The notes under the pieces: generated by a model | What the model was told of the DNA's origin: nothing | The model's database searches: none | The model's input: only the letters and a program-made list of their open reading frames with translations | NCBI GenBank assembly: GCA_041664225.1 | Contig: JBAYLE010000001.1 | Location: 68,939-132,938 of the forward strand | DNA length: 64,000 nucleotides | Direction: 5' to 3' | Source: Parcubacteria group bacterium | GTDB lineage: Bacteria > Patescibacteriota > Minisyncoccia > Moranbacterales > UBA2206 | Part shown: one piece after another, positions 9,762 through 19,659 of the stretch | Layout: every line of letters begins with the position of its first letter | Position numbering within the stretch: position 1 is the first letter of the stretch | Made by a program: the position numbers and the translations under genes

Positions 9762-10415
9762 ATGAACATAATTATTCTTGGTCCTCAGGGTTCAGGCAAG
9801 GGGACACAAGCGGAATTGGTAGCGCAAAAATATAAACTGGAACATATTGATATGGGGAAGACTTTGCGCGAAGTGGCGAAGTTAGATACGCCCTTGGGCC
9901 GCGAAATTTATTCTATCCAAAATGTGACCAAAACACTTGTGCCCAGCCGGATTCTAAAAGAGGTCTTGCATCTCAAGCTAAACTCACTGCCGAGAGAACA
10001 GGGGATTGTTTTTGACGGCGTGCCGCGAACGATGGATCAGTTGGAATATATGGAAAGTGCTCTCAAGGAATTTGGGAGAGCTACAGACAAAGTAATTTTG
10101 GTGAATATTCCAGAAGCCGAATCGATCAAAAGGATTTCCAGGAGATGGGTTTGCAAAAAGTGCAACTCAGTCATTATTATGGGCAAAGACATCCAAAGCG
10201 AGAACGATCAATGCCCAGCGTGTGAAGGACCGATAACGCAAAGAAAAGATGACACTCCGGAAGGAATCAAAATACGCCTGCGCATTTTTCAGGAAGAAAC
10301 CATGCCGGTCATCAACTATTATAAAGACAAGGAGGTATTGGTGGAAATTAACGGTTTGCAACCGATAGAAAAGGTTTTTGCCGATATCGCTAAAAGCGTT
10401 GAAAAAAGCAATTAA
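9762..10415 (+). CDS. adk: Adenylate kinase (zinc-lid type)
   Basis: P-loop GPQGSGKGTQ; LID domain with CKKC...CPAC. Confidence 0.95.
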   Translation: MNIIILGPQGSGKGTQAELVAQKYKLEHIDMGKTLREVAKLDTPLGREIYSIQNVTKTLVPSRILKEVLHLKLNSLPREQGIVFDGVPRTMDQLEYMESALKEFGRATDKVILVNIPEAESIKRISRRWVCKKCNSVIIMGKDIQSENDQCPACEGPITQRKDDTPEGIKIRLRIFQEETMPVINYYKDKEVLVEINGLQPIEKVFADIAKSVEKSN

Positions 10416-10438
10416 TTCAGATATTTTTTTATTTTTTA

Positions 10439-11203
10439 ATGATATCCATCAAATCAAAAAAAGAAATCGAGACAATGCGGGAAGGGGGTAAGATTTTGGC
10501 TGGGATAATGCAAAAGATTGAAAAGAACGTTGTTCCCGGAAAAAACACATTGGAATTGGATGAGCTCGCTACGGAGCTTGTTTTTGCAAATGGGGGCGTG
10601 CCCTCATTTAAAGGTTATGGCGAAGAAACTGGCAATCCCTTTCCAGCGACTATTTGCGCGTCCTTGAATTCGGAAGTTGTACATGGGATTCCTGCCAAAA
10701 ATAAAATTTTAAAAGTCGGGGATATTTTTAAGGTGGATATCGGGATGAAATATAAGGGCCTGCACACGGATATGGCCCGCACATACGTCGTTGGCGAATG
10801 TAGTGAGCAGGCACGCAAGTTAATTCAGGTGACAGAGCAATCTTTTTGGGAAGGTACAAAAAAAATTGGTCCGAATAAAATGTTAAGCGACTATTCCAAG
10901 GCAGCGCAAAAATGTATTGAGAGTCAAAGATTTTCCGTGGTAAGAAATTTAGTCGGGCATGGTGTAGGCAGAGAACTTCACGAAGATCCACAGATTCCGA
11001 ATTATTATAATAAAAAATACCAGGATTTTAAATTAGCTCCCGGTATGACGCTGGCGCTGGAACCGATGGTCAACGTCGGTGGATTTGAAACAAAACTGGG
11101 GCAGGACGGGTGGGTTTTTTTGACGAGAGATGGATCATTGTCAGCGCACTATGAAAATACAATTTTGATAACAGAAGGGGGAGTAGAAGTGCTGACAAAA
11201 TAG
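10439..11203 (+). CDS. map: Methionine aminopeptidase type I
   Basis: 254 aa; metal-ligand motifs (DIGMKYKGLHTDMART, HGVGRELHE, EPM). Confidence 0.95.
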   Translation: MISIKSKKEIETMREGGKILAGIMQKIEKNVVPGKNTLELDELATELVFANGGVPSFKGYGEETGNPFPATICASLNSEVVHGIPAKNKILKVGDIFKVDIGMKYKGLHTDMARTYVVGECSEQARKLIQVTEQSFWEGTKKIGPNKMLSDYSKAAQKCIESQRFSVVRNLVGHGVGRELHEDPQIPNYYNKKYQDFKLAPGMTLALEPMVNVGGFETKLGQDGWVFLTRDGSLSAHYENTILITEGGVEVLTK

Positions 11204-11302
11204 AATATCAAAACTTTTCTAGCGTTTCCGATTTTCGGTCCTCTTTTTTAAATTGCCGATGTTTAGTAAAATTAATATGATTTCTAGTTAAAGCATAAAA
11301 TA

Positions 11303-11737
11303 ATGCCAAAGTCGATGCAGTACAAAAAAAGCTCTAAAATAAGCCATATACTGGGCATAGATTTTGGAAAATCCAAGATTGGTTTAGCCATGGCTGACAC
11401 GGAGACTAAAATCGCCTTTGTGTATGGCGCAATCAAAAATGACAAAAAAATGCTCTCTAATCTGGAAAAGATAATTGAAAAAGAAAGTGTGGAGAAAGTG
11501 ATAATTGGACTTCCGGGGTATATGATTGAAACCAGCGAAGAAGCCGACCAAAAATCACTGGGAAAATTGCTGGAAATAAATACTGGTGTCCGAGTTGAGT
11601 ATTTTGAAGAAATGTTTACCACCAAAATGGCGCAAGCCAATCTTAAGGAAAAAGGCGCTAAAAACATCAGTAAGAGTGATGACGCGGAATCTGCCAAAAT
11701 CATACTTCAAGAATGGATGGATTCATGCTACAATTAG
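11303..11737 (+). CDS. ruvX: Putative pre-16S rRNA nuclease / Holliday-junction resolvase-like YqgF
   Basis: ILGIDFGKSKIGLAMAD...VIIGLP...AESAKIILQEW pattern of RuvX/YqgF RNase H-like fold. Confidence 0.8.
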   Translation: MPKSMQYKKSSKISHILGIDFGKSKIGLAMADTETKIAFVYGAIKNDKKMLSNLEKIIEKESVEKVIIGLPGYMIETSEEADQKSLGKLLEINTGVRVEYFEEMFTTKMAQANLKEKGAKNISKSDDAESAKIILQEWMDSCYN

Positions 11738-11787
11738 ACTAATCCAAGCGGGGGGAGGGAGCTTAATCAGTGTTAATAATAAAATTT

Positions 11788-12549
11788 ATGGACAATAAAC
11801 CATATTTGTCAGTCATTATTCCGGCCTACAATGAGGCTGGAAGGAAGGGAGAAGATCTTCAGAAGAATCTAGAGGAAATCGGAAAATATTTAAGAGAAAA
11901 AAATATAACTCACGAAGTGGTCGTAGTTAATGACGGATCCAAGGACAACACAGCGGAATTTGTCCGTGGCCTTTCTAATTTAGTGGATAAGCTCGACGTG
12001 ATTGATCGCAAGGAAAATAAAGGTAAATGGTATTCAGTAAGAGAAGGATTTTTGAAAGCCAATGGAAAATTTCGATTAATTACAGACGCTGACGGCGCAA
12101 CTTCTATAAGCAATATGGATAATTTTTGGCAGCATATGCAAAGGGGAGAAAATGTCATAATCGGTTCGCGTGATTTGAAGGAATCAAAAATTCAAAAACA
12201 TCAGCCGAAATGGAAAGAAATCCTGGGAAACCTGGGAAACTATGCAATTCAACTGATGCTTGGACTCGGGGGTATCTTGGATACACAGTGCGGGTTCAAG
12301 GTTTTTTCTGAGGAGGCGATAAATAATATTGTTCCACAAATGAAAGTTGATCGTTGGGGTGGAGATTTTGAAATGCTGGCCTTGGCAAAAAAGAATAAAT
12401 ATAAGATCATAGAAGTGCCGGTAGTTTGGGTGGATGCCGGGCAAAGCTTGGTTGGAGTTTCCGGATTGGGTGGTTATACTTCCACATTGAAAGAGCTTTT
12501 CCAAGTAAAATGGAGAATGATTACGAGACAGTATAAATATAAAAAATAG
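11788..12549 (+). CDS. Family 2 glycosyltransferase (dolichyl/polyprenyl-phosphate sugar transferase-like)
   Basis: SVIIPAYNE...VVVVNDGSKDNT...ITDADG GT-A DxD signatures; ORF opens at 11770, ATG 11788 preferred. Confidence 0.85.
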   Translation: MDNKPYLSVIIPAYNEAGRKGEDLQKNLEEIGKYLREKNITHEVVVVNDGSKDNTAEFVRGLSNLVDKLDVIDRKENKGKWYSVREGFLKANGKFRLITDADGATSISNMDNFWQHMQRGENVIIGSRDLKESKIQKHQPKWKEILGNLGNYAIQLMLGLGGILDTQCGFKVFSEEAINNIVPQMKVDRWGGDFEMLALAKKNKYKIIEVPVVWVDAGQSLVGVSGLGGYTSTLKELFQVKWRMITRQYKYKK

Positions 12550-12571
12550 TTAGGCGAAATAAACAAAAAAA

Positions 12572-13591
12572 TTGGCAGAAAACAAAAAAAATACAAAAGA
12601 AAAACTGACAGAATTGCGGCAGGATTTGGTAACAGGCGACTGGGTGGTGATTGCGACTGGACGCGCTAAGCGTCCAGAGGAGTTTGCGATGCAAAAAAGA
12701 GCGATAGTTGAAGAAGATCCGAACAAACCCTGTCTTTTTTGCGATCCAACGGCTTCAGGTCAGGAAAAAGACGTTCTGATTTACAATACCAAGGACGGCG
12801 ATTGGAGTTTACGCGTTTTTCCGAATAAATTTCCGGCTTTTTCCCGAAGCCGCGTGCCGAAACATTTTGAAGAGGGTCCATATTTTGGCATGGATGGCAC
12901 TGGCTATCACGAGGTGATAGTTACGCGCGATCACCAAAAGCAAATCGCGCTTTTAAATAAGATAGAGGTGGCGGAAATTGTCGATGCTTATCAAGACAGA
13001 TATATTGATTTAATGAATAAAAAAAGCATCAACTACATTGAGATTTTTCATAATCATGGCAGGGAAGCAGGTGCTTCGATTGCTCATCCCCATTCTCAGC
13101 TCATGGCTATCCCAGTCGTTTCTCCTTATGTCAAAAGCGAATTGGACGGCGCGGAAATATATTGGAAAGCCAATAAAGATTGTGCTTATTGCGCTATGAT
13201 TGAATGGGAAGCTGAAAATGAAAAAAGAGTAATTTTTGAAAATAATGATTTTATCGCTTTTTGTCCATATTCTTCGCGGGCGGCTTTCGAAGTTTGGGTG
13301 CTGCCCAAAAAACACAAACCATATTTTGAAAGGATTTTGGACAAAGAAAAAATCGAACTGGCGGAAGCGCTGCAATTTTCCGTTAACAAAATTTACAAAG
13401 CATTAGGTGACCCGGCTTATAATTTTTATATCCACACTTCGCCATGTGATGGCAAGGACTATCCACATTTTCATTGGCACATCGAAATTATTCCACGCAC
13501 ATCAGTTTGGGCCGGATTTGAACTTTCTACGGGCATAGAAATTTCTACTATCCAGCCGGAAGTGGCGGCGGAATATTTACGAAAGCAATAA
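12572..13591 (+). CDS. Galactose-1-phosphate uridylyltransferase-family (GalT-like HIT superfamily) nucleotidyltransferase
   Basis: CLFCD zinc motif, HPHSQL catalytic histidine motif, second half-barrel (HWHIE). Confidence 0.65.
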   Translation: MAENKKNTKEKLTELRQDLVTGDWVVIATGRAKRPEEFAMQKRAIVEEDPNKPCLFCDPTASGQEKDVLIYNTKDGDWSLRVFPNKFPAFSRSRVPKHFEEGPYFGMDGTGYHEVIVTRDHQKQIALLNKIEVAEIVDAYQDRYIDLMNKKSINYIEIFHNHGREAGASIAHPHSQLMAIPVVSPYVKSELDGAEIYWKANKDCAYCAMIEWEAENEKRVIFENNDFIAFCPYSSRAAFEVWVLPKKHKPYFERILDKEKIELAEALQFSVNKIYKALGDPAYNFYIHTSPCDGKDYPHFHWHIEIIPRTSVWAGFELSTGIEISTIQPEVAAEYLRKQ

Positions 13592-13596
13592 TTTTT

Positions 13597-14076
13597 ATGC
13601 ATGATCTGATTATTTCTTGGTTTCAAAATTTTCCCAAAGAACTGGCAACGTTTTTGATAGCCGCTATCCCAGTGACGGAACTGCGGGCCGCTTTGCCCTT
13701 GGCCTACAAGGTTTACGGACTCTCGGCTTTTTGGGCCTGGTTTTATTCAGTCGCGGGCACATTTTTTGCCATGGTTTTGATTGTTTTGCTTTTGGATCCA
13801 ATCGCTAAATTATTATCAAATTGGTTTGATATATTTGAAAAGTTTTTCAGCTGGCTGTTTGAGCATACCCGGAAGCGGGCCAACGGTAAGATGGAAAAAT
13901 ATGGCAGTTGGGCCATTTTTATTTTGGCGGCGATACCCATCCCATTCTTGGGCGGCATGACGGGCGCTCTGGCGGCATTTGTTTTTGGGGTTCCGCTCAA
14001 AAAGTCGCTTCCTTTGCTACTTTTTGGTACAATGGTATCAGGAGGAATTGTATTAATTTTGACATTAGGAATTTGA
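13597..14076 (+). CDS. Small polytopic membrane protein (COG2426/small multidrug-export-like); stop TGA
   Basis: 159 aa, four predicted TM helices. Confidence 0.6.
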   Translation: MHDLIISWFQNFPKELATFLIAAIPVTELRAALPLAYKVYGLSAFWAWFYSVAGTFFAMVLIVLLLDPIAKLLSNWFDIFEKFFSWLFEHTRKRANGKMEKYGSWAIFILAAIPIPFLGGMTGALAAFVFGVPLKKSLPLLLFGTMVSGGIVLILTLGI

Positions 14077-14077
14077 T

Positions 14078-14842
14078 ATGAAAAATCTTATAGTGGCAAA
14101 TCTAAAAATGAATCTGATAAATTCTCAGGAAAGAGACCGTTATTTGGAGTTGATAACCAAGGAGCTAAAGAATAAAAAATTCAAAAATACCGAGATAGTT
14201 TTGTGTCCTCCATATGTGCATCTGGAAGCTTTTCAAAAAAGCTGTAAAAAAGGCCTAAGAATTGGAGCGCAAGATATGTTTTCAGAGTCCAAGGGTTCGT
14301 ATACTGGGGAGATTTCGCCGGTCATGCTCAAAAATTATGGGTGTGACTTTGTAATTTTGGGGCACAGTGACAGAAGGAGATATTTTTCGGAAAACAATCA
14401 TGAAATAAATCTAAAAATAATAGCTGCTCTCAAAAATGGTCTGGAACCGATTTTGTGTGTTGGAGAGAACAGGGGTCAGCGGGCAGAAACGATAATCAAA
14501 GAACAATTGAAGAATTGCCTAAAAGGAATAAATAGGAGCAAGATGGAAAAGGTCACGATCTGTTATGAGCCGGTTTGGGCAATTAGCTCTAATAATCCTG
14601 ACCACGTGCCAACCACCAATGAAATCATGAGCGCCAAATTGATTATAAAAAAGTTTTTGGTGGAAAATTTTGGATTAAAAGTTGCCGAGAGAGTAAGAAT
14701 TATTTATGGCGGGTCAGTTGATTCTATTAATGTTAATGAGACCTGTATCAATTCTGGGATGAGTGGAGCTCTTGTCGGAAAGGAAAGTTTGACGCCGCAT
14801 AGATTTGTGAACGTGGCGAAAATAATGGATAATTGTAATTAA
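14078..14842 (+). CDS. tpiA: Triosephosphate isomerase
   Basis: NLKMN, ILGHSDRRRYF, CVGE, IIYGGSV motifs. Confidence 0.95.
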   Translation: MKNLIVANLKMNLINSQERDRYLELITKELKNKKFKNTEIVLCPPYVHLEAFQKSCKKGLRIGAQDMFSESKGSYTGEISPVMLKNYGCDFVILGHSDRRRYFSENNHEINLKIIAALKNGLEPILCVGENRGQRAETIIKEQLKNCLKGINRSKMEKVTICYEPVWAISSNNPDHVPTTNEIMSAKLIIKKFLVENFGLKVAERVRIIYGGSVDSINVNETCINSGMSGALVGKESLTPHRFVNVAKIMDNCN

Positions 14843-14864
14843 TTAATATTTTAATAAAATTTAT

Positions 14865-15731
14865 ATGATCACAACAGTCAAGGAAATCCTGTCTAAAGCC
14901 AAGGAAGGCGGCTATGCTGTGGGAGCTTTTAACACGGTAAATTTAGAAACGACCCAGGCGATAATTCGCGCCGCAAAAGAAGCAAAATCCCCCGTCATTA
15001 TCCAGGTGACAGAAAAGACCTTGGAATATGCGGGCGGACGGGAAATTTTTCATCTTATTCGTAATTATGCCGAATATTACGCGCCGGAAGTTCCGGTGGG
15101 AATCCATCTCGATCATGGCAAAAGTTTCGAAATAATTGAACGAGTCATCGAAATTGGATTTACTTCAATCATGTATGACGGGTCGCGGAAGGCTTATGCA
15201 GATAATCACGCCATGACCAAAAAAATAGCTGATTATTGTCATGAACGGGGAGTGAGTATTCAAGCGGAGCTGGGAAGTGTGCCTTATCTTGGTGAAGGAG
15301 GCATGACTGATGTTGATTGGGATTTATATATGACTAATCCGGCACAAGCTTCTGAATTCGTTTATGCTACCGGCGTGGATGCGCTTGCAGTGGCAATCGG
15401 CAATGCGCATGGGTTTGTGAAGGAGCGTCCCGAACCAGACTATAAAAGATTGGAAGCGATTCGAGAGAATGTTTCCGTTCCTTTGATTTTGCACGGAGCA
15501 TCCGATTGGGAGGATGGAAGAGTGACAGAAGTTATTAAGCGTGGAATTTCTTGCTTTAATGTGGATACGGCGTTGCGGGTTGCTTTTACAAATAGCGTGA
15601 TTCACACAGTTAAAGATCAGGAAACCACAGTTTCGTTTGATGTTAGAAAGCTTATGGGTGATGCCAGAGACGCAGTGCAAAAAACAGTAGCTGAAAAAAT
15701 TAAGTTGTATGGATGCGGAGGGAAAATATAA
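14865..15731 (+). CDS. fba: Class II fructose-1,6-bisphosphate aldolase
   Basis: GGYAVGAFN, HLDHGKSFE, LHGASD motifs. Confidence 0.92.
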   Translation: MITTVKEILSKAKEGGYAVGAFNTVNLETTQAIIRAAKEAKSPVIIQVTEKTLEYAGGREIFHLIRNYAEYYAPEVPVGIHLDHGKSFEIIERVIEIGFTSIMYDGSRKAYADNHAMTKKIADYCHERGVSIQAELGSVPYLGEGGMTDVDWDLYMTNPAQASEFVYATGVDALAVAIGNAHGFVKERPEPDYKRLEAIRENVSVPLILHGASDWEDGRVTEVIKRGISCFNVDTALRVAFTNSVIHTVKDQETTVSFDVRKLMGDARDAVQKTVAEKIKLYGCGGKI

Positions 15732-15735
15732 ATCT

Positions 15736-15936
15736 ATGTGTCTTGCGATTCCGGGTAAAATTATTGAAATCAAAAAAAATCAGCAGGCGACTGCTGATTT
15801 TAATGGCATAGAAAAAGAAATAAATATTTCTTTGGTGGAAGTGAAAAAAGGCGATTATGTTATCGTGCATGCCGGGTTTGCCATTGAAAAAATTGGAAAG
15901 GCGGACGCGGAAAGCATTAAGTCATTGATAAAATAA
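15736..15936 (+). CDS. hypC: [NiFe]-hydrogenase maturation factor HypC
   Basis: Start at internal ATG giving MCLAIPGKIIEI (essential Cys2 N-terminus); 66 aa. Confidence 0.85.
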   Translation: MCLAIPGKIIEIKKNQQATADFNGIEKEINISLVEVKKGDYVIVHAGFAIEKIGKADAESIKSLIK

Positions 15937-16980
15937 ATGAGCAGTGAGTCAGAAAATATTTTAAAAAAGATTTGGCAAGAGGCCGTGCAGATTGGTAGAC
16001 CCTTGCGCTTTATGGAGCTTTGTGGAACTCATTCACAGACGATTGCGGCAAATGGCTTGAAGAGCTTGATGCCAAGGAATATCAAATTAATAGCTGGTCC
16101 GGGTTGTCCAGTATGCGTGACCGACCAAAGCGATGTTGATGTGATGGTCGGACTGGCACTTGGGGGAATTCCAATCGCTGTTTATGGTGATGCCGTCAAT
16201 GTCCCTGGAAACATAATGAGCTTGGAACAGGCGAGGCAGAAAGGCGCTGATGTTAATATTGTCTATAGCGTTGAAGAAGCAATGAGATTAAAAAACAGCA
16301 ATCCCGGTTTAGTTTTTTTTGGACTGGGATTCGAAACAACTGCGCCGATGACAGCGTGGGCAGTAAAAAATGGACTTGTAGTTTATTCTGCTCACAAAAT
16401 TTTTCCGCCGGCTATGGCCGTACTTATGGCAAACAAAAAAATAAAAGTTAATGGGTTTATTAATCCAGGGCATGTAAGCGCGATCATTGGCACAGAAATC
16501 TATAAAAAATTCAAAATTCCACAGGTGATTGCCGGGTTTGAGGGATTGGATATTTTGCGAGCAATAAATCTACTTTTGGAGCAAATTCTCTCTGGGAAAG
16601 CAGAAGTTTCAAATGAATATACTAGAGTGGTCAGAAAAAATGGTAACGCTAAAGCTCAAAAATTAATCGAAGATGTTTTTGAAATAGGGGACGCAAAATG
16701 GAGAGGACTAGGTTTGATCAAAAAATCAGGATTGAAAATCAGAAAAAAATATCAAAAGCAAGACGCAGAATTTATCTATAAGGACTTAATTAAAAAAATC
16801 AAAGCAGAAATAAAATCGAAACCAAGCGCTTGTCAGTGCGGCCGAGTGTTGCAGGGCATGATTGAGCCCAGAGAATGTCCGCTTTTTGGAAAAATCTGCA
16901 CGCCGGACAATCCGCAAGGTGCTTGTATGGTTTCTGTTGAAGGAAGTTGTAATATTGAATATCGCTATGGCAAAAAATAA
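15937..16980 (+). CDS. hypD: [NiFe]-hydrogenase maturation factor HypD
   Basis: CGTHSQ, GPGCPVCVT, FETT and C-terminal Cys cluster motifs. Confidence 0.92.
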   Translation: MSSESENILKKIWQEAVQIGRPLRFMELCGTHSQTIAANGLKSLMPRNIKLIAGPGCPVCVTDQSDVDVMVGLALGGIPIAVYGDAVNVPGNIMSLEQARQKGADVNIVYSVEEAMRLKNSNPGLVFFGLGFETTAPMTAWAVKNGLVVYSAHKIFPPAMAVLMANKKIKVNGFINPGHVSAIIGTEIYKKFKIPQVIAGFEGLDILRAINLLLEQILSGKAEVSNEYTRVVRKNGNAKAQKLIEDVFEIGDAKWRGLGLIKKSGLKIRKKYQKQDAEFIYKDLIKKIKAEIKSKPSACQCGRVLQGMIEPRECPLFGKICTPDNPQGACMVSVEGSCNIEYRYGKK

Positions 16981-17950
16981 TACCATTGAATTGGAAATGG
17001 GCGCGGGCGGAAAAAAATCTAATGAACTGATTTCTGAAATCAGAAAGAATTTTAAAGTACATGGGAGATGGAAGAATACGGCGGATGACGGAGCCACTTA
17101 CGATTTGGGAAAAGAAAAATTGGTCTTTACAACTGATGCTTTCATCGTTGACCCGCTGTTTTTTCCCGGTGGAGATATCGGCAAGATTGCGATCTGTGGA
17201 ACTATTAACGATTTGGCGGTTATGGGCGCGGTGCCGATCGGAATTTCTTTAAGCCTGGTGATTGAGGAGGGGTTTCCGCAAAGTGATTTGGAAAAAATTA
17301 TGGCATCGATTGGAAAAATATCAAAAGAAACCGGTGTGCCGATTGTGACTGGCGACACGAAAGTTACGGAAAAAGGAAAAATAGACAAAATTGAAATTAC
17401 TACTTCCGGAGTGGGAATGGCCCAAAAAATAATTTCCAATGGCGGAGCGAAGCCAGGAGATGTTGTTATTTCTTCCGGCGATTTGGGCGAGCATGCAGTA
17501 GCGCTTCTGGCAACAAGATTTAATTACAAAACTAAAATAAAAAGCGATTGCCAACCAATCCTCAAGGAAATCCAAAGTATCAGAAATTATCTGACTTCTG
17601 CCAAGGATCCGACGCGCGGGGGAATTGCGGAAGTTTTGAATGAAATCGCCGGTAAATCCAAAGTAAAAATAATTTTGGAAGAAAAGAACCTGCCTTTTAA
17701 AAAGGAAACCGTGGCGCTTTCGGAACTTCTGGGAATTGATAAATTCGCTTTTCCATCTGAAGGTCGGTTTGTCGGCACAGTACCGCAAAAACAGGCCCAA
17801 AAAGTGCTAAAAATATTACAGAAATTCAACAAGGAAGCGAAGGTAATCGGCCGGGTTGAACACGGAAAAGGGCTTTATTTAAGCACAAACTTAGGTTCTC
17901 AAAAACTGATCGAAATGCCGAGAGGCAAATTAATTCCGCGGATCTGTTAA
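16967..17950 (+). CDS. hypE: [NiFe]-hydrogenase maturation factor HypE (overlaps hypD by 14 nt)
   Basis: AIR-synthase-like fold; C-terminal ...PRIC* with conserved terminal Cys; start reassigned to ATG 16967. Confidence 0.9.
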   Translation: MAKNNTIELEMGAGGKKSNELISEIRKNFKVHGRWKNTADDGATYDLGKEKLVFTTDAFIVDPLFFPGGDIGKIAICGTINDLAVMGAVPIGISLSLVIEEGFPQSDLEKIMASIGKISKETGVPIVTGDTKVTEKGKIDKIEITTSGVGMAQKIISNGGAKPGDVVISSGDLGEHAVALLATRFNYKTKIKSDCQPILKEIQSIRNYLTSAKDPTRGGIAEVLNEIAGKSKVKIILEEKNLPFKKETVALSELLGIDKFAFPSEGRFVGTVPQKQAQKVLKILQKFNKEAKVIGRVEHGKGLYLSTNLGSQKLIEMPRGKLIPRIC

Positions 17951-19087
17951 AAAATAGCGTATGATCTGTCCGAAACTCAGTCCCGCGTCGCCGACCGGGA
18001 CTGTTTTATTTTTATAAGCGCCTTTAGATTCTAAATAATGGGAAATTATTTTATTATTAGCAATGCCGCCAGCCATAAATATATTTTTTTGTTCTTGGCT
18101 TTTAATCTGTAGTTTTATAATTTCATATAAACCATGAGCAATATAAAGTTGTGCGGTAGCGGCGAGGCGCTTTTTATCTTTTTTTATATTTTTTATTAAA
18201 TATTCAAAAAGGGGAATAGTTTGCAGAATGTATAGTTTTTCTTTTTTATCATAAATTATTTTTGGTTTTAAATCGGTATAGGGCTTGGTTGAATTTTTTT
18301 CCAGAAGATCAATTGGTTCGTGCTTGTAGTTTCTTTTATTTCTACAAAAGCCCAGAAAAATTGAAACCGCATCCAAGATTCTTCCGGTGCTTGAAGTTTC
18401 AACGCAGTTGAAATTTTTTTGCAATTGATTATACAAAACTTCGAATTCGTTTTTGGAATAATATTTTTTTACGTATTTATATACTGCTTCTTTATCTAAG
18501 AATTTACTCAAAATACTGATCGACATCCTGGTTGGTTCTTGAATGGCTAAATCCCCGCCGATCAGTATCTGGTTTTCCAAATGTCCAATCCGGTCGATAC
18601 TTTCGATTTTCGACTCTCGACTTTTAACTTTGAATACTTCGCCACCCCAGATTTTGCCATCTAGGCCGTAGCCGGTGCCATCCAACGCGACGCCATAAAA
18701 AGAATTTTTAATTTCATCCGCCACGGCGGATGAATTTTGAATAAATTGGTCACCTACCACAGAAAAGATGTGGGCGATATGATGTTGGACTTGAATATGT
18801 TTAGCTTTGAATTGTTTGGATAATTTTTGACCTAAAATAGTCGTTTTGTATAACGGATGTAAATCGGTCAATATAATACCGGGAGTTATTTCATTTTGTT
18901 TTAAAAAAATATTTAATTCTTTTTGAAATTTGTTAAAATTCGTGTCTTCTAGAAGGTCGCCAAAATCTTCGGAAAAATAAAGCTTTCCGTTATGGAAAAC
19001 AGAAAAATTACCAGCCGATTCAGGACCAAGGGCTAAAACTGTCTTCTTTGTGTCGAACCTCAAATCAAGTATTTTCATTAACTTCAT
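17930..19087 (-). CDS. hypF: HypF-like carbamoyltransferase, Kae1/YgjD-like C-terminal domain only
   Basis: 385 aa; VQHHIAHIFS motif typical of the HypF C-terminal domain; acylphosphatase, Zn-finger and YrdC regions absent. Confidence 0.7.
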   Translation of the reverse strand: MKLMKILDLRFDTKKTVLALGPESAGNFSVFHNGKLYFSEDFGDLLEDTNFNKFQKELNIFLKQNEITPGIILTDLHPLYKTTILGQKLSKQFKAKHIQVQHHIAHIFSVVGDQFIQNSSAVADEIKNSFYGVALDGTGYGLDGKIWGGEVFKVKSRESKIESIDRIGHLENQILIGGDLAIQEPTRMSISILSKFLDKEAVYKYVKKYYSKNEFEVLYNQLQKNFNCVETSSTGRILDAVSIFLGFCRNKRNYKHEPIDLLEKNSTKPYTDLKPKIIYDKKEKLYILQTIPLFEYLIKNIKKDKKRLAATAQLYIAHGLYEIIKLQIKSQEQKNIFMAGGIANNKIISHYLESKGAYKNKTVPVGDAGLSFGQIIRYFLTDPRN

Positions 19088-19153
19088 TATACCAATTTTT
19101 TGCTAAAAAAGTACATTTGGCAGGGAAATAATACAAATAATAGCTTGTATCAC

Positions 19154-19182
19154 TTGACAGGTGGCTAAAAAAGGTATTTAAT
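19154..19182 (+). promoter_or_regulatory. Sigma70-like promoter (TTGACA-17-TTTAAT) upstream of the 19217 gene, followed by AAGGAGG RBS
   Basis: Direct reading of hexamers and spacing. Confidence 0.5.
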
Positions 19183-19216
19183 ACTTTAACACAATAAAAA
19201 AAGGAGGATGCGATAA

Positions 19217-19639
19217 ATGATAAGGATTTTTAAGGATGGCGTGGAGGTGATTAAGGAAAATAATTCAGGGGAAAAAGGCGAGAGTATTGTTAAAGAGGTT
19301 CTTTTAATGCCGGTCGAAGAGACCTTTAAAAAAGCAGTAAATGTCCGAAAAAGACCAGAAGAAGATCGAATAATCGGCATTCCTAAGGGGGAGCTCGTTG
19401 TGATTAGGCGGGCGGAGCTTGTTCTCGAAGGATGCCCCCCAAAAACAATTATTATTGGGGTACTAAGCAGGGCATTGACCGTAGAGGAGGTTAAAAAACA
19501 TCGAATCCCTTCCAAGGAATGCCCATATAATAATGAATGTAACAGGCGGGTTGCTCTAACCAAGATATCTTCCTTCAGCTGTACGCCCTGCGAAGTTTTT
19601 CAAAATTATCTGCAGGCCGGAAAAACGAGAAAGAATTAA
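19217..19639 (+). CDS. Hypothetical Cys-rich small protein (ECPYNNEC...CTPC) in hydrogenase island
   Basis: 140 aa ORF with consensus promoter, strong RBS and its own terminator; no family recognised. Confidence 0.5.
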   Translation: MIRIFKDGVEVIKENNSGEKGESIVKEVLLMPVEETFKKAVNVRKRPEEDRIIGIPKGELVVIRRAELVLEGCPPKTIIIGVLSRALTVEEVKKHRIPSKECPYNNECNRRVALTKISSFSCTPCEVFQNYLQAGKTRKN

Positions 19640-19659
19640 AAAAGTACAATATTGATTAC

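Noticed and set aside
16862-16966. Upstream extension of the hypE ORF overlapping hypD by ~120 nt
   Set aside because: The HypE homology begins at MAKNN (ATG 16967); the extension has no similarity and would overlap the conserved HypD C-terminus.
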